A stretch of DNA of 64,000 nucleotides, from contig NC_088800.1 in NCBI RefSeq assembly GCF_011386835.1, positions 80,104,001 to 80,168,000 on the forward strand, given 5' to 3'. The stretch is from Chrysemys picta bellii. Taxonomy: Eukaryota. The notes below the pieces were generated by a model that worked only from the letters and a program-made list of their open reading frames with translations, was not told where the DNA came from and made no database searches. The translations under genes were made by a program, and so were the position numbers. Shown in pieces: positions 35,728-47,369 of the stretch (position 1 is the stretch's first letter; every line of letters begins with the position of its first letter).

Positions 35728-37539
35728 CGGTGGTCACCAACCGGTAGATCCATCGCGGAGCCTCTGCCTGTCGATTGCAGTCTCTGGCTGCACAGCGGGG
35801 CTGAAGCAAGCTCCCCGCCTGCCTTGGCCCCACGCCGCTCCCGGAAGAAACTGGCACGTCCCTACGTGGGGAGAGGGTGGGGGTCTCCGCGCACTGCTCC
35901 TGCCTGTAGGCACCGTCCCCACAGCTCCCATTGGCCGGGAACGGGGAACTGTGGCCAATGGGAGCTGCAGAGGTGCTGCCTACAGGGAGGGGCAGCACAT
36001 GGAGCCCAGGGGCCGCAGGGACGAGACGGCAGCTTCCAGGAGCGGCATGGGGTCAGGGCAGGCAGGGACCCTGCCTTAGCCCTGCTGCGTCGCCCACCGG
36101 GAGCAGCCCGAGCTAAGCGCCACCCAGCAGGAGCCTGCACCCTTCCTGCACCAACCCCCTACCCCAGCCCTGAGCCCCCTCCCGCACCCAAACTCCCTCC
36201 CAGAGCCCACACCTCCTCCTGCACCCCAACCCCCTACCCCAGCCCTGAGCCCCCTCCCACACCCAAACTCCCTCCCAGAGCTCACACCTCCTCCTGCACC
36301 CCAACCCCCTGCCCCAGCCCTGAGCCCCCTCCTACACCCAAACTCCCTCCCAGAGCCCACACCTCCTCCTGCACCCCAACCCCCTACCCCAGCCCTGAGC
36401 CCCCTCCCGCACCCAAACTCCCTCCCAGAGCCCACACCTCCTCCTGCACCCCAACCCCCTGCCCCAGCCCTGAGCCCCCTCCTGCACCCAAACTCCCTCC
36501 CAGAGCTCACACCTCCTCCTGCACCCCAACCCCCTACCCCAGCCCTGAGCCCCCTCCTGCACCCAAACTCCCTCCCAGAGCCCACACCTCCTCCTGCACC
36601 CCAACCCCCTGCCCCAGCCCTGAGCCCCCTCCTACACCCAGACTCCCTCCCAGAGCCCACACCTCCTCCTGCACCCCAACCCCCTACCCCAGCCCTGAGC
36701 CCCCTCCTACACCCAAACTCCCTCCCAGAGCCCACACCTCCTCCTGCACCCCAACCCCCTGCCCCAGCCCTGAGCCCCCTCCTGCACCCAAACTCCCTCC
36801 CAGAGCTCACACCTCCTCCTGCACCCCAACCCCCTACCCCAGCCCTGAGCCCCCTCCTGCACCCAAACTCCCTCCCAGAGCCCACACCTCCTCCTGCACC
36901 CCAACCCCCTGCCCCAGCCCTGAGCCCCCTCCTACACCCAAACTCCCTCCCAGAGCCCACACCTCCTCCTGCACCCCAACCCCCTACCCCAGCCCTGAGC
37001 CCCCTCCCACACCCAAACTCCCTCCCAGAGCTCACACCTCCTCCTGCACCCCAACCCCAACCCCAGGCCCCAGCCCTGAGCCCCCTCCTACACCCAAACT
37101 CCCTCCCAGAGCCCACACCTCCTCCTGCACCCCAACCCCCTACCCCAGCCCTGAGCCCCCTCCTACACCCAAACTCCCTCCCAGAGCCCACATCCCCTCC
37201 TGTACCCCAACACTGTGAACCAGCCCTGAGCCCCCTCCCACACCCAAGCTCCCTCCCAGAGCTTGCACCCCTCACCCCCTCCTGCACCCCAACCCCCGCC
37301 CCAGGCTCAGCCCTGAGCCCCCTACCACACTGAATACCTCAGCCCCAGCCCAGAGCCCGCACCCCCTCCTGAACCCCAACCCTCTACCCCAGCCCAGTTA
37401 AAGTGAGTGAGGGTGAGGGAGAGCGAGCGATGGAGGAAGCAGGGATGATGTGAGTGGAGCTGGGTCTCAGGGAAGGGACAGGGTAGATCCTGGGTTATTC
37501 AAACAGTGATCTTGTGCTTAAAAAGATTGGAGACCACTG
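35728..37539. mobile_element. hAT (Charlie-like) non-autonomous element, 1.8 kb, carrying an internal minisatellite
   Basis: Ends CGGTGGTCACCAACC / GATTGGAGACCACTG; TSD GTCTAGGA / GTCTAAGA (7/8), close to the Charlie NTCTAGAN target. Confidence 0.88.
36145..37210. repeat. 75-bp C-rich minisatellite, about 14 units, with degenerate units to about 37395
   Basis: Unit ccccaaccccct(a/g)ccccagccctgagccccctcc...acccaaactccctcccagag(c)cacacctcctcctgca; 25-codon periodicity visible in the ORF track. Confidence 0.97.
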
Positions 37540-38250
37540 GTCTAAGAGCTAGGGTGCGAGCTGGAAATCAACCCTAGCTCCAAGTGCAGGCACAGCCTGT
37601 GAGTCACACAGGGCTTTGTCCCTGTTCTCTTTAGGTCCCCATTCCCCTGTGGTGGGGAGTGGCCAGATCCTCAGTTGGCGTAAGCCGGCATAGTTCTCTT
37701 GAAATCGACAGAGCTCTGACAGTTCACGGAAGCTGGGGCTCTGGCCCATAGCAAGGGGGAAGCCAGCCCAAAGGAATAAACCACAGTGCACCCAAAGGTG
37801 AGTCGGACATGTTAGCAGAAGAGATTGATGGTTCGAATGTAGCAAACCAATACGTATTTGCTAGAAACAGTGTATTCCCTCTTAAGGGAAAAATAAATGA
37901 GATATTCATATCCTGATGTGAGTCATGCAGCTAAACCCTACGTGCAAAGCTGAACACTTCGCCCTGCACGGTTTGTGCCACAAGGTTACAGCCCTAAGTG
38001 GATTCTATTAAACAAGCGACTTTCTTTGCCGCTTGGCCTGGGAAATCAGCGCACAAAGAAAGCAGTTTCCTGGGTAAATCCAAATCTCTGAACATTTCCA
38101 TCTGTGGCGAGACAGCAGCAGGTGAAATTCTGCTCTCAGCTACGCGGGCATCAATCCAGAGTAGCTGCGTTGATGGGAACACTCCAGGTTTACACCAGCG
38201 GGACCGAGATCAGGATCTCGCTCCGGAGCCTCCTGATCCTGACAATAAAA

Positions 38251-38445
38251 AGGGAGACAAGGCGGTGACGTAATATCTTTTACTGGAGCCAACTTCCGTT
38301 GGTGAGAGAGGCCTTGAAGAAGAGCGCTGTGTAGGTCGAAAGCTTGTCTCTCTCAACAATAGAAGGTGGTCCAATAATAGATATTGCCTCACCCACTTTG
38401 TCTCTCTAATATCCTGGGACCAACACGGCTACAACAACACTGCAT
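38251..38445 (+). mobile_element. Second PLE subfamily fold-back fragment with decayed hammerhead motif
   Basis: Arms gggagacaaggcggtgacgtaatatcttttactggagccaacttccgttggtgagag / ctctcaacaatagaaggtggtccaataatagatattgcctcacccactttgtctctc; tail cacggctacaacaacactgcat. Confidence 0.78.
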
Positions 38446-39356
38446 GCAACCGTAAAAACGGGTAGCATTTTAGCTGTTTGGCACTTCCCATTCCAACCTA
38501 GCAAACATCATTCAGTTTCCCCACACCAGGTAACAGCCGGGGGGTGTATAATAGTGCCCAACACAGACAGCTAATCGGCTCTGGTTTTTAATGCTTGGGT
38601 GCATGTGGCGGCAGATGAGTTTAATGGGACAGGCAGCGTTAGGTGACAAAACAGTGTTTTTCTCCTGCAGACTGCACTGCTTGATCAAGGCCCCTCCAGT
38701 CCACTCTCCTGGCCTTTATAGGTTGCACCCGTAAACGCTCAGCTACTGTGAATCCACATCGCTGCATTGACGTTCCGTGGAGCTGCTGTACACTGATCTA
38801 CCCCAGCAGAGGAGCTCACTCCAGACACAATCACGGCTTATGACACCGTTACTTCCAGTGGCTTCATTTTAGATGCAGGTCCTGCTACAAGTGTCGATAT
38901 TGCTGTCTGATAAACAGCAGAGGTTACTGCGGTACCTCTTGCTAATTCTTTGGCAGCCAATTTTGTTGTTGTTGTTGTTGTCTTTCTCTTCTGGAAGCAC
39001 TGGCTCCCCTCCCCTCTCCTTCCCAGTCACAGCCAGCAGTTGAGAGACTCAACCTGTTCTGGGTCACTTTTTAACTCCAGCTGGTTCTCAGTGCCTCGGA
39101 GGACAGAAGAGGCCTATGATTCTTATCTGGATTCTCAGTCACCCAAGGAAGTTAGCAGAATCTCCTGCCCATCTTCTATTTCTTTCTACCTTCACGCAGT
39201 TCCCAGGTTAGCTCCTGGAGAGATTTGTGTCATATCCAGCTCCAAAAACAAATCACCAAGCAAACAAAAAAGGGAGTTGCAGGGTAAACACTAGAGCAAG
39301 AGCACCAGGGGAAAGGACTGAAGCTTTGTCACCATGCATGTAACGAAATGCGCGTC

Positions 39357-39630
39357 AGCTCTCATAAACTGAAGAAGGGTCAGGCCTGGTTAAGACTTGA
39401 ATGGGAGCCCTATAAAAGGATCTATTCGCCTTCAGATGAAAGTTAAGCTCCTCTTCGATATGGCTTTGTCACTTGAGTTATATTAAAAGAAAAAGCCACT
39501 TCAACAATGTACAGTGGAGCTAAGAAAAGGGAGGTGCGGACTCAGTGAGATAAAGGCTTCATTTCGTAATGTTTGTAAAGCACTTTGAGATCTCTGGAGA
39601 GAAGCGGCCCAGAAATGCAGAGCATGACCT
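39357..39630 (+). mobile_element. 5S rRNA-derived SINE relic (AmnSINE1/SINE3-like)
   Basis: aagggtcaggcctggttaagacttgaatgggag resembles the 5S internal promoter region cagggtcgggcctggttagtacttggatgggag; followed by ttcagatgaaagttaa (Deu-domain-like) and tail tgtaaagcactttgagatc. Confidence 0.6.
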
Positions 39631-39932
39631 GACCTTACAGAATTATTCTGAATGGCAGGCACAATAGATGCTTATCTTACTAAATGAGCTATTCTCTCAC
39701 GAGCGCTTCTGTAAGCGTCAATTCATTGTTCGTTTGATGTCGCTGCAAACAAAATCAGTCTCCACATTGCACAGTGTCCGAGGGATGTGTAGGCTGGTGT
39801 CATTTTTGCACCATACACACGTAACAGCAGGTGAATGCAGAGTCTTGCTACGTGCATTCCAATGCAGGGGGCACAGAAGCAGCGTGCATTTGAATTTCGC
39901 GGGCATTTCACTACTGGTCCATAACCATGTTA

Positions 39933-40045
39933 GGCCCCAGTCCTACAACCCTTACTCAAATGAGTAGCCTCACATGTGACCCATTGAAGTCAATGGGATG
40001 CTTTGCTTGAGTAAGGACTGCCAGTAACGGTTGCAGGATCAGGGT
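39933..40045. mobile_element. Short palindromic MITE-like element
   Basis: Nested inverted pairs ccttactcaa / ttgagtaagg and central CCCATTGA-AG-TCAATGGG (39980-39997). Confidence 0.7.
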
Positions 40046-40074
40046 CTGGGAATATTTGAGACTGCCCGTTGAGA

Positions 40075-40370
40075 GAATGAATGGTCTTGTGGTCAAGGCC
40101 CTAGACTAGGCCTCAGGTGATATGGGTCTGATCTCCGGCTCTCCTACATACTCCCTATGTGACTTTGAGGAAGTCATTTAATTGCTCTGTGATTGAGTTC
40201 CCTACAGGTGAAAGGGTGGTAATAGTCGTTCCTTGGTCAGTCTTGCCTATTTACATTGTAAGCTCTTTGGGGCAGAGGCTGCCTCGCATTACATGTGCGT
40301 ACTGTGCCAAGCACAGCGGGGCCCTGATCTCCTCTAAGGCCTCGAGGCACTACCAGAGTACAAAAATAAA
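40075..40370 (+). mobile_element. MIR-like SINE
   Basis: ggtcttgtggtcaaggcc, tgtgactttgaggaagtcatttaa CORE, tail gtaagctctttggggcagagg...tacaaaaataaa. Confidence 0.8.
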
Positions 40371-41602
40371 GCCTAATTTCGCCTTACCAGCACACGGCTA
40401 ACGGAAGCCGGCCTGGGTTATAAGGGACAGAGCAGGAAACACTCATTGCAAAGGAATCGCCATTGTCTCCTATCTAGAAATGCTCCATTAAAGACGAGCA
40501 GCCTCCGCCCTTGCCAAGGAAACCGAATCCGGGCTTGGGCTCTGGGCAGCTCAGGTTCGGGTCTGGCTGCCAGGTGGATGGAAAGATCTCTGCGGCTTAT
40601 AGCCAACAAGCTCTTAGAGAGCACATTGCTCCACAACAGGTTATAAATATAAAGCTGCCCTGGGCTCAGGGACATTCGTCACCTTCTGCTATTGCAGTCA
40701 GCAGGCACAGCACAGCTTCGCGTGACAGGAGACAGTCCATCCACCGGCCCCAGCGCTAGGGAATCGGAGCTGCTGCCTCAGCCCAGCTTATGAGATGGCT
40801 TTGGAACACAGGTTAGGCCCAGACGCAGCTTTCTGATTGGCTGCCAGGGATGCTGTCCCATGTCAATAACAGCCAGGAAACACACAAGTCTGACAGGATC
40901 CCTTAATTTTATTTATAAAGGGCCCAATCTCCCATTGACTCCAATGGGCACGGAATCAAGGCCATAGTCCACCTGATCGCTGTAAATCAAACATTTGAGC
41001 AGGTGCGCTTCCATTTATTTTTTGCGCTTCTCGTGGGGTACAGACTCTCTGGCCTTTCTTTAGCCTCCTGCTTCAGAAACCCAGGAACGCCTGTCTCCTA
41101 GAAATGCACTGCCTCGTCATGTCTTATTGGCTTCAAGCTAGCCAGGAAGTGCAGACGAACATCTCCCCTTTAAAGCAACAGCTCCACAGCCATGTTTGTT
41201 GGCACCAATGCTTTTCTGAGGACCTGCCGTGTTCCGGCTGGTTTTGAAGCTTAGGGCCCATTCTCAGCAACTCAGAAGATGATGGAGAATTTGGGCGTTG
41301 GCAGAGAAGTAGAGCGTTAGAGCAGAATAACGGATCAATAGCCCACATCCGAGTAGGTGGTTACAGTAATGCCTGCACACTTGGATATGTGGGGCGGAGG
41401 AAGACAGATGTGTTGGGAACACAACACATATATTTCTGCATGACTTCATTTCCTGGAGTGCGGCACTCCTGTTCTCTTTAGTAAAACAAGGGCGTTCTAG
41501 CTAAGAAGTCTCTGACACATGGGACCAGTGGGATCAAAACTGGTGCTGTTCACTCAAGGGCTTTCCTGGAACCCCCAGGCATCTTCTCTTTGTTCTCCCA
41601 GA

Positions 41603-41726
41603 TAGGGTGACCAGATGTCCCGATTTTATAGGGAGAGTCCCGATTTTTGGGTCTTTTTCTTATATAGGCTCTTATTACCCCCCACAACCTGTCCTGGTTT
41701 TTCACACTTGCTGTCTGGTCACCCTA
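41603..41726 (+). mobile_element. hAT Blackjack-like MITE, 124 bp
   Basis: TAGGGTGACCAGA...TCTGGTCACCCTA; TSD CTCCCAGA / CTCCCGGA (7/8). Confidence 0.93.
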
Positions 41727-41774
41727 CTCCCGGAGCTGGAAATCACTCATCACATGGTAAGCTGTAGTACCTGA

Positions 41775-42003
41775 GGGCATGTCCATTCTGCAATAAAAGA
41801 CTTGCAGCATGGCTGCAGCTGGACCAACTCGGCTCTGAGACCCTCCCCCCTCACAGGGTCACAGAGCCCAGGCTCCAGCCCGAGCCCAAACGTCTACCCT
41901 GCAATTTTGTAACCCCGCAGCCCAAGCCCTGCAAGCCCGAGTCAGCCAACCCAGGCCCGTCGTAGCCATGCCACGGGTCTTTTATTGGAGTGTGGACATC
42001 CCC
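41775..42003. mobile_element. PIF/Harbinger-type MITE, 229 bp
   Basis: TIRs gggcatgtccattctgcaataaaagac / gtcttttattggagtgtggacatcccc; 3-bp TSD TGA on both sides. Confidence 0.8.
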
Positions 42004-42066
42004 TGAGTCATAAACACATCTGTTACATTGTTATTATTCATCTTCTTTTCAATCAAAGGCATATAC

Positions 42067-42370
42067 TAGAGCTATTCAGATAATGGCATTTCCGCCCTGT
42101 GGGAAAGGCCAATATTTTGACAGTCCCAAAACAGGACAAGAATTCGAAATAGCGAGTATTTTTGTGGCATGAAAAGTTCCAAAAAATGTTGATGGGTGGG
42201 AGGGGGGACAAAGTTGGATCCAAATAAAACAACTTGAAACAAAACTTTTTGCTTTGAATTTTTTGGTTGGAAAAATGAGAACATGTTGACAAAATCAACA
42301 TTTTCCCATGAAAATATGTCAGTTTCAATCCAACACCATATTTCATCAAGAAAAATTTTGACCAGCTCTA
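42067..42370. mobile_element. Old non-autonomous DNA transposon (TAGAGCT...GACCAGCTCTA)
   Basis: Terminal inverted tagagct / agctcta; AT-rich body; TSD not readable. Confidence 0.6.
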
Positions 42371-42876
42371 ATGTATAACCTCAATCACACCCCCTTTGTA
42401 TAAAGTTCTCTTACCTATCACAGTGAAAAAGATGTTTGGTAACAGCCCTAAGAGCCAGGAATTCCCAAACTCTTAACCCTGTTCTGTCCCCAATTCCCTG
42501 CGTGACCTTGGGCAGGGCTTTTCCCCTCTCTGCCTCAGTTTCCCCATCTATAAAAAGGAGATGATCGTTTCCTAGCTGTTGGAGACAGCCTATCATTAAA
42601 CAACGCAAGGAGAGTCCCAGCAGTTGCTTCTCAGAAACAATTTACATGCCGAGCCAGGTCTCTCACAGGGGATCTCAGCTCAGGTGAGGTCTGGATCTGG
42701 GGCTCCCCCTGTGCCAAACACCCGACAGCCTCTTGACCTGCATGTAACCACCCACGAAGGGTCAGCGTCTGTCCTAGCTCACCAGTGCACATCAGCTTGA
42801 TCAAGGGAAGCCACATCTATGCATGGTATTTCCCAGGGGGCGTTCGTGTCTTCGCAGAGACTGGACAGGGGGTGGA

Positions 42877-43179
42877 ACAACAGAATGACCGTACAGGGTC
42901 AGACCAAACGTCCATCTAGCCCAGTATCCCGTCTTCCGACAGTGGCCTATTCCAGGAGCCTCAGAGGGAATGGACAGTGATCCATCCCCCGTTGCTCATC
43001 CCCCTGGATCCAGTGATCCATCCCCTGTTGCTCATTCCCAGGTTCTGGCAAACAGAGACCAGGGACACCATCCCTGCCCATCCTGGCTAATCGCCATTGA
43101 TGGACCTATCCTCCATGAATTTATCTAGTTCTTTTTAGAACCTTGTTATAGTCTTGGCCTTCACAACATCCTCTGGCAA
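42877..43179 (-). mobile_element. CR1 (PsCR1-like) 3' end with internal tandem duplication
   Basis: Reverse complement of 48720-49000 (ttgccagaggatgttgtgaaggccaagac...gatactgggctagatgga). Confidence 0.92.
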
Positions 43180-44149
43180 ACCCGCACCCTAGGGGAGGGG
43201 CTTGCTCCAAGGACCCAAATCCTGCTGCCATTGGCAAGCTCCCATCGACTTCAGATCACACCAGGATGCAGGGGCTCCTAACCACAGCCCTGCGCAGGCA
43301 TCGGAGTGGCTTTGACAGAAGGTGGCTTATCATTACTGTGAAAGCCCCAGCCTGAGATCTAGGTGCTGTCCAAATAACAAGACACTGCCCCAAGGAGCTG
43401 GGAGGCGAAACAGAGGTCCGGGAAGGGGAAGGTATTTGCCCAAAGTGGCAGAGCCAGGAACAGATCCTTCCGGAAGTTCCAGATTGCACCTAATATTGGC
43501 CCAGTGATAAACAGCAGGAAGTGAAACCCAGGATGGATTCCCAGGAGTCGGCAGGAGGAAGAGGGACCGATTCATCAATGTCACCCCCTGCAAAAGTGCA
43601 GCTTCATCTGTTTACGGTGCCTCAGAATAGATGCCCGGCCAGTTCTTGTTACTGAATTCCAGGGAGCCCTTGCAGCTTTCCTGAGCTTAGAAGCTTAGAA
43701 TGCTATCAACAAGAGACACGAACGGACAGTGGAATGACCAGTGCTGGAGAAAAGAGGGAGGAGGAGGAGGAATTCTTTGCATGCTACAATCCCTCACTGA
43801 TCCCCAGTGTTCCCACAAAGCAGGCAGCTGGAGTTCTCCTTGTTTTACAGATGAGAAAAGAGGGACACACAAAAGCTCACCGACTTGCTCTAAGCCAGAG
43901 AGGGGCTCAGTGGAAGGGCTGGCACTGGAATTCAGGAGGTTCTGTCTCTAAACACAAGTGAGGGGACTAGACAATGCTGCATATCTCTAGCAATAGTTAA
44001 CACAGACAGATACAGATACCTGTGGCCTTCCCTTTCCCGCTCGCTCTTCTTTTCTTCGTTCCTTGCCAGTGCAGTCACACGTGAAGAGATGCAAACATTT
44101 CAACTGCCAAAGGGTCTATGTCCTTATAAAGCAACCCTGTTTATAAACA

Positions 44150-44315
44150 TTCGGTACCTGTGGCGATGACCAGGTGATCTAACTCATGACAGAGGCCACA
44201 TCCGGTCCGTACACAAGAATATGGTCTCATCATGGCCCCCATCATGGGTTATCAACAGAGACTGTGCCTGGGACCTTCAGTTGCAAAAGCACAGGCCGCT
44301 ACTAGTTGAGCTAAA
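44150..44315 (-). mobile_element. tRNA-derived SINE 5' part
   Basis: Minus strand tttagctcaactagtagcggcctgtgcttttgcaactgaaggtcccaggc; similar head at 61640-61695 (+). Confidence 0.5.
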
Positions 44316-44316
44316 T

Positions 44317-44700
44317 TCATAGACCTTAAGGCCAGGAGGAACCGTTATATTCAGCTGATCTGACCTCCCGTACAACACGGGTCACGGAGCCTGACCCGGT
44401 AATTCCTGCTTCGCGCCCATAACTTCTGACTGAGCTAGAGCATCTCTTCTAGAAAAATATCCAGGCTCTATTTAAAGATGTCCGGTGATGGAGAATCCAC
44501 CACATTCCTCATTAAGTCCTGCCAATGGCTAATGACCCCCTACTGTTAAATATGAGTGCCCGCTGTCCAGTCCTAGGTTCACCTTCCAACCATTGGCTCT
44601 TGTCCTACCTTTTCCCGCTACATCAAAGAGCCACCTGTTATCCGAACTCTCTTCCTCACAAAGGACTAACTCCACTGCTTGCTAAGCTGATGTCCTCTCT
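44317..44700 (-). mobile_element. Older CR1/L3 3' fragment
   Basis: tcatagaccttaaggccaggaggaacc...ggtgatggagaatccaccac...ccattggctcttgtcctacc is the CR1 3' end in reverse. Confidence 0.82.
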
Positions 44701-45939
44701 GGGGACCAGCCCCACAACACGCTTGCCCCAGGTGTTATGCGCAGACTTAAACACATGGACTCATGGGCTTGCTCTGAGCTGGCTCTTGACTCCCCTCCAT
44801 GTTTCTGGAACAGGTTTCCTGCTGCTGCTCCTCATAGGTCAACGTCTTCTGCCAGCCCAGCTCTGGGGATGGGCTGCTACAGCAAGGGCTGGTGTTGGGA
44901 CCCCATTCCATTGAAGTCTGGGGTCATCCAACTCTGTGGCCAGATCCCAAACCAACCTTCTTTTATTCAGCACAAATCCAGGAGTCTGGGAGCATTAGCT
45001 GCTCTGAGATACAGCTGGGAAATCCATGGGCATCTATGGTGTATTAAGACCCGGCCAGTGGGAGGTTCTTCATGAGCTAGAGTCCCCTTCCAAGATGAAG
45101 GCTGAAACACCCTGAGCTTGGTCACTCAACAGGAGAGGTCCCCCGTCTTTCCCATGAGGCTCTTCTCTCCATCACTTGACTGTTTCCAGAACGAGTCCAG
45201 GGTAGCTTCTCTGCCGTCCTAGTGGCCAGATATGTGGAAGCTGCTGAGGAGGAGGCAGACTGACGTAGCAGAGGCAGAAGCGCATTTCTTGGGCCATGGC
45301 CAACACTGCACATCCGGTCACAACATTAGTCTACAACCTCTCCTCCAAGGCACGACACGTCTTCAGAGGCCAGCAGGATTCCAGGGACCCCTGGAGCTGT
45401 CCCAGGTATTGGCAGTGGGATTTGAAAGGTGCCAGGACCGTGGGGCTCATCCTGTCCTTTGCCAGAGAGCCCTGTCTGCATCAGGATCGTCTGTAGGCCT
45501 CGTCTGCATATCCCATTAGCTGGGAGGGATATCGATACCCCGGCACCCCCACGAACAGGGAGGACAACATGCAGAGATTCAGACCCTCTGAGCTGAGGGG
45601 AGATAAACCAATCAGATGGTGGAAGATGGAGGGGTGGGGAGTGGTATCTCTGTGAGCCCACTGTTGTACATGCACACCTACAGACAGGTGAGACACGGGC
45701 CTGAAGTCTCCCCGTGACACTCCATGCTTCAATAACCCCATAATGCACCTGTGCAACCCTGTACCTGTCTCTTCCTTCCTAAGCCCTGTGACAATCCGAT
45801 GATGCCCTGAGACACCGAGATCTGATTTACCTTTACATGAGCTCTCCTAGTGGCGCCAGCAGTCATTACCCATCGCAACCATTTCCAGGCTTTAGTCTCT
45901 AAATCCTGCCAGAGGATTTGACCAGCAGCTGATCAGTCA

Positions 45940-46217
45940 GGGTATGGCAACACTGTGATTCAAAACCCAGAGAACCAACTCAAAGCCCAGGTCAGCTGAC
46001 TTGGGCTCATGGGGGTCAGGATGCAGGTCTAAAAATAGCAGTGTATTCATTCGAGCTCAGACTGGAACCCAGGCTCTGAGAGAGACTCTCCCCCCCGTAG
46101 GGTCCCAGAGCCCAGGCCCAAACATCTACATTAGAGCCCCATAGCCCCAGCCTTGCAAGCCTGATTCAGCTGACCCAGGCCAGTCATGGGTGTTTTACCG
46201 CTGTGTAGACAACACCC
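45940..46217. mobile_element. PIF/Harbinger-type MITE
   Basis: Ends gggtatggcaacactg / ctgtgtagacaacaccc; body similar to the 41775 element (cagagcccagg, gcaagcc, cagctgacccaggcc). Confidence 0.7.
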
Positions 46218-47369
46218 AAAGAAAACGCCTCCAGTGCTCACCTGGAATGACGGCGGCTGCAGTGCAAGACGATGAGGGTAAAGAGATTTAAAGTCAGGGA
46301 TATTAAAGCTGCAACCCAGTGCTCAGTGTATCCCCCTCTGTGCCTGATCTGCAGTGGGTAGAAAGCTACTAACTCAGGAACTTGGTTCTTTAGCTTTGCC
46401 AAGACTCAGGCTTTTTGCTGTGGAGATAGGGGTCAATCCCCAGTAAATGGCTAAGACAACTGTCATTCTAAAGCCATCCGAGTTCCAGAGAAAGCAGTAG
46501 AAAGCTCTATTCACCAGCTCTGTTCGGTGAACAAGCCAGCCCAGCATTTGCTGCATGCAAGGTATAGCTCGAAGTGGTACCGCTCTAGTCTGAAGCCTGG
46601 AGCCTGTGGTACCCGATGTGCCTGCACTCCCTGCCTTCTGTTTATTTGTTGAGAAGAAAGCAGTGAGACCACGTGGGAGGTTTTTAAACCAGCGATGCTC
46701 CCTGGGCCCTCCAGGACTGCACAAAACCCAAACAATGTGTAAGCAGACCTCTGCATTGTAATGAACTGGAAAGCTGGCACCTGACCGGGATTCATGCCTT
46801 CTATCTGCAAGGGACTGTCTGGAATGCACACTCGGGCTGATGAACCAGCTCAGATTGGCTGGAGGACACGTGAGAATCACTGCTCCAAGGTCAGGGAGCC
46901 AAGTTTTAGCCCTAGTTTTGTATTAATTATTATTATTATTCTTGTAGCTTTTTATTTTATTTAAAGTGAATTTTGTAATGTGGTATTACAACACCAGGGG
47001 TTCGGCTCTGGTCGCTACAGTTTCAAGCGTAACAGAGTGAAAGTCACCTCGGCTACTTGCTTTGGCTTTAGCGTCTCTAGCAACACGCGAAGACCAAGGA
47101 CAGTGACCACACAGACATTCACAAGTACAAGGTTTAGTCTATTTTATAAGTTTTATTAAAGTTACAATTAAAGCTATGATTACCCAAGCATATAGAAATT
47201 CTATACAGACCTGTGTGCAAGTTACAAATATAGTTATACTCACATCCTTAACAATCGTGTTAGGGTCTGATGGGTCTCTCATGGCTTGATCATCAGAAGA
47301 GGGATGGTTCCTGCTGGATTTTCCCTTAGGGAGCTCAATTTTCCTAATCTAGGCACCCTCTTTTATAAT

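Noticed and set aside
36145-37210. CRISPR-like regular repeat array
   Set aside because: Units are contiguous with no unique spacers, the context is vertebrate, and there are no cas genes.
35665-37218. 517-aa Pro-rich ORF resembling an extensin or mucin (and 403-aa Gly-rich ORF on the opposite strand)
   Set aside because: TTG start, lies almost wholly within a TSD-flanked hAT element, and is open only because the 75-bp repeat unit lacks stops; both strands being open is typical of a GC-rich minisatellite.
39357-39410. 5S rRNA gene
   Set aside because: Only a diverged fragment of about 50 bp, joined to SINE-like sequence.
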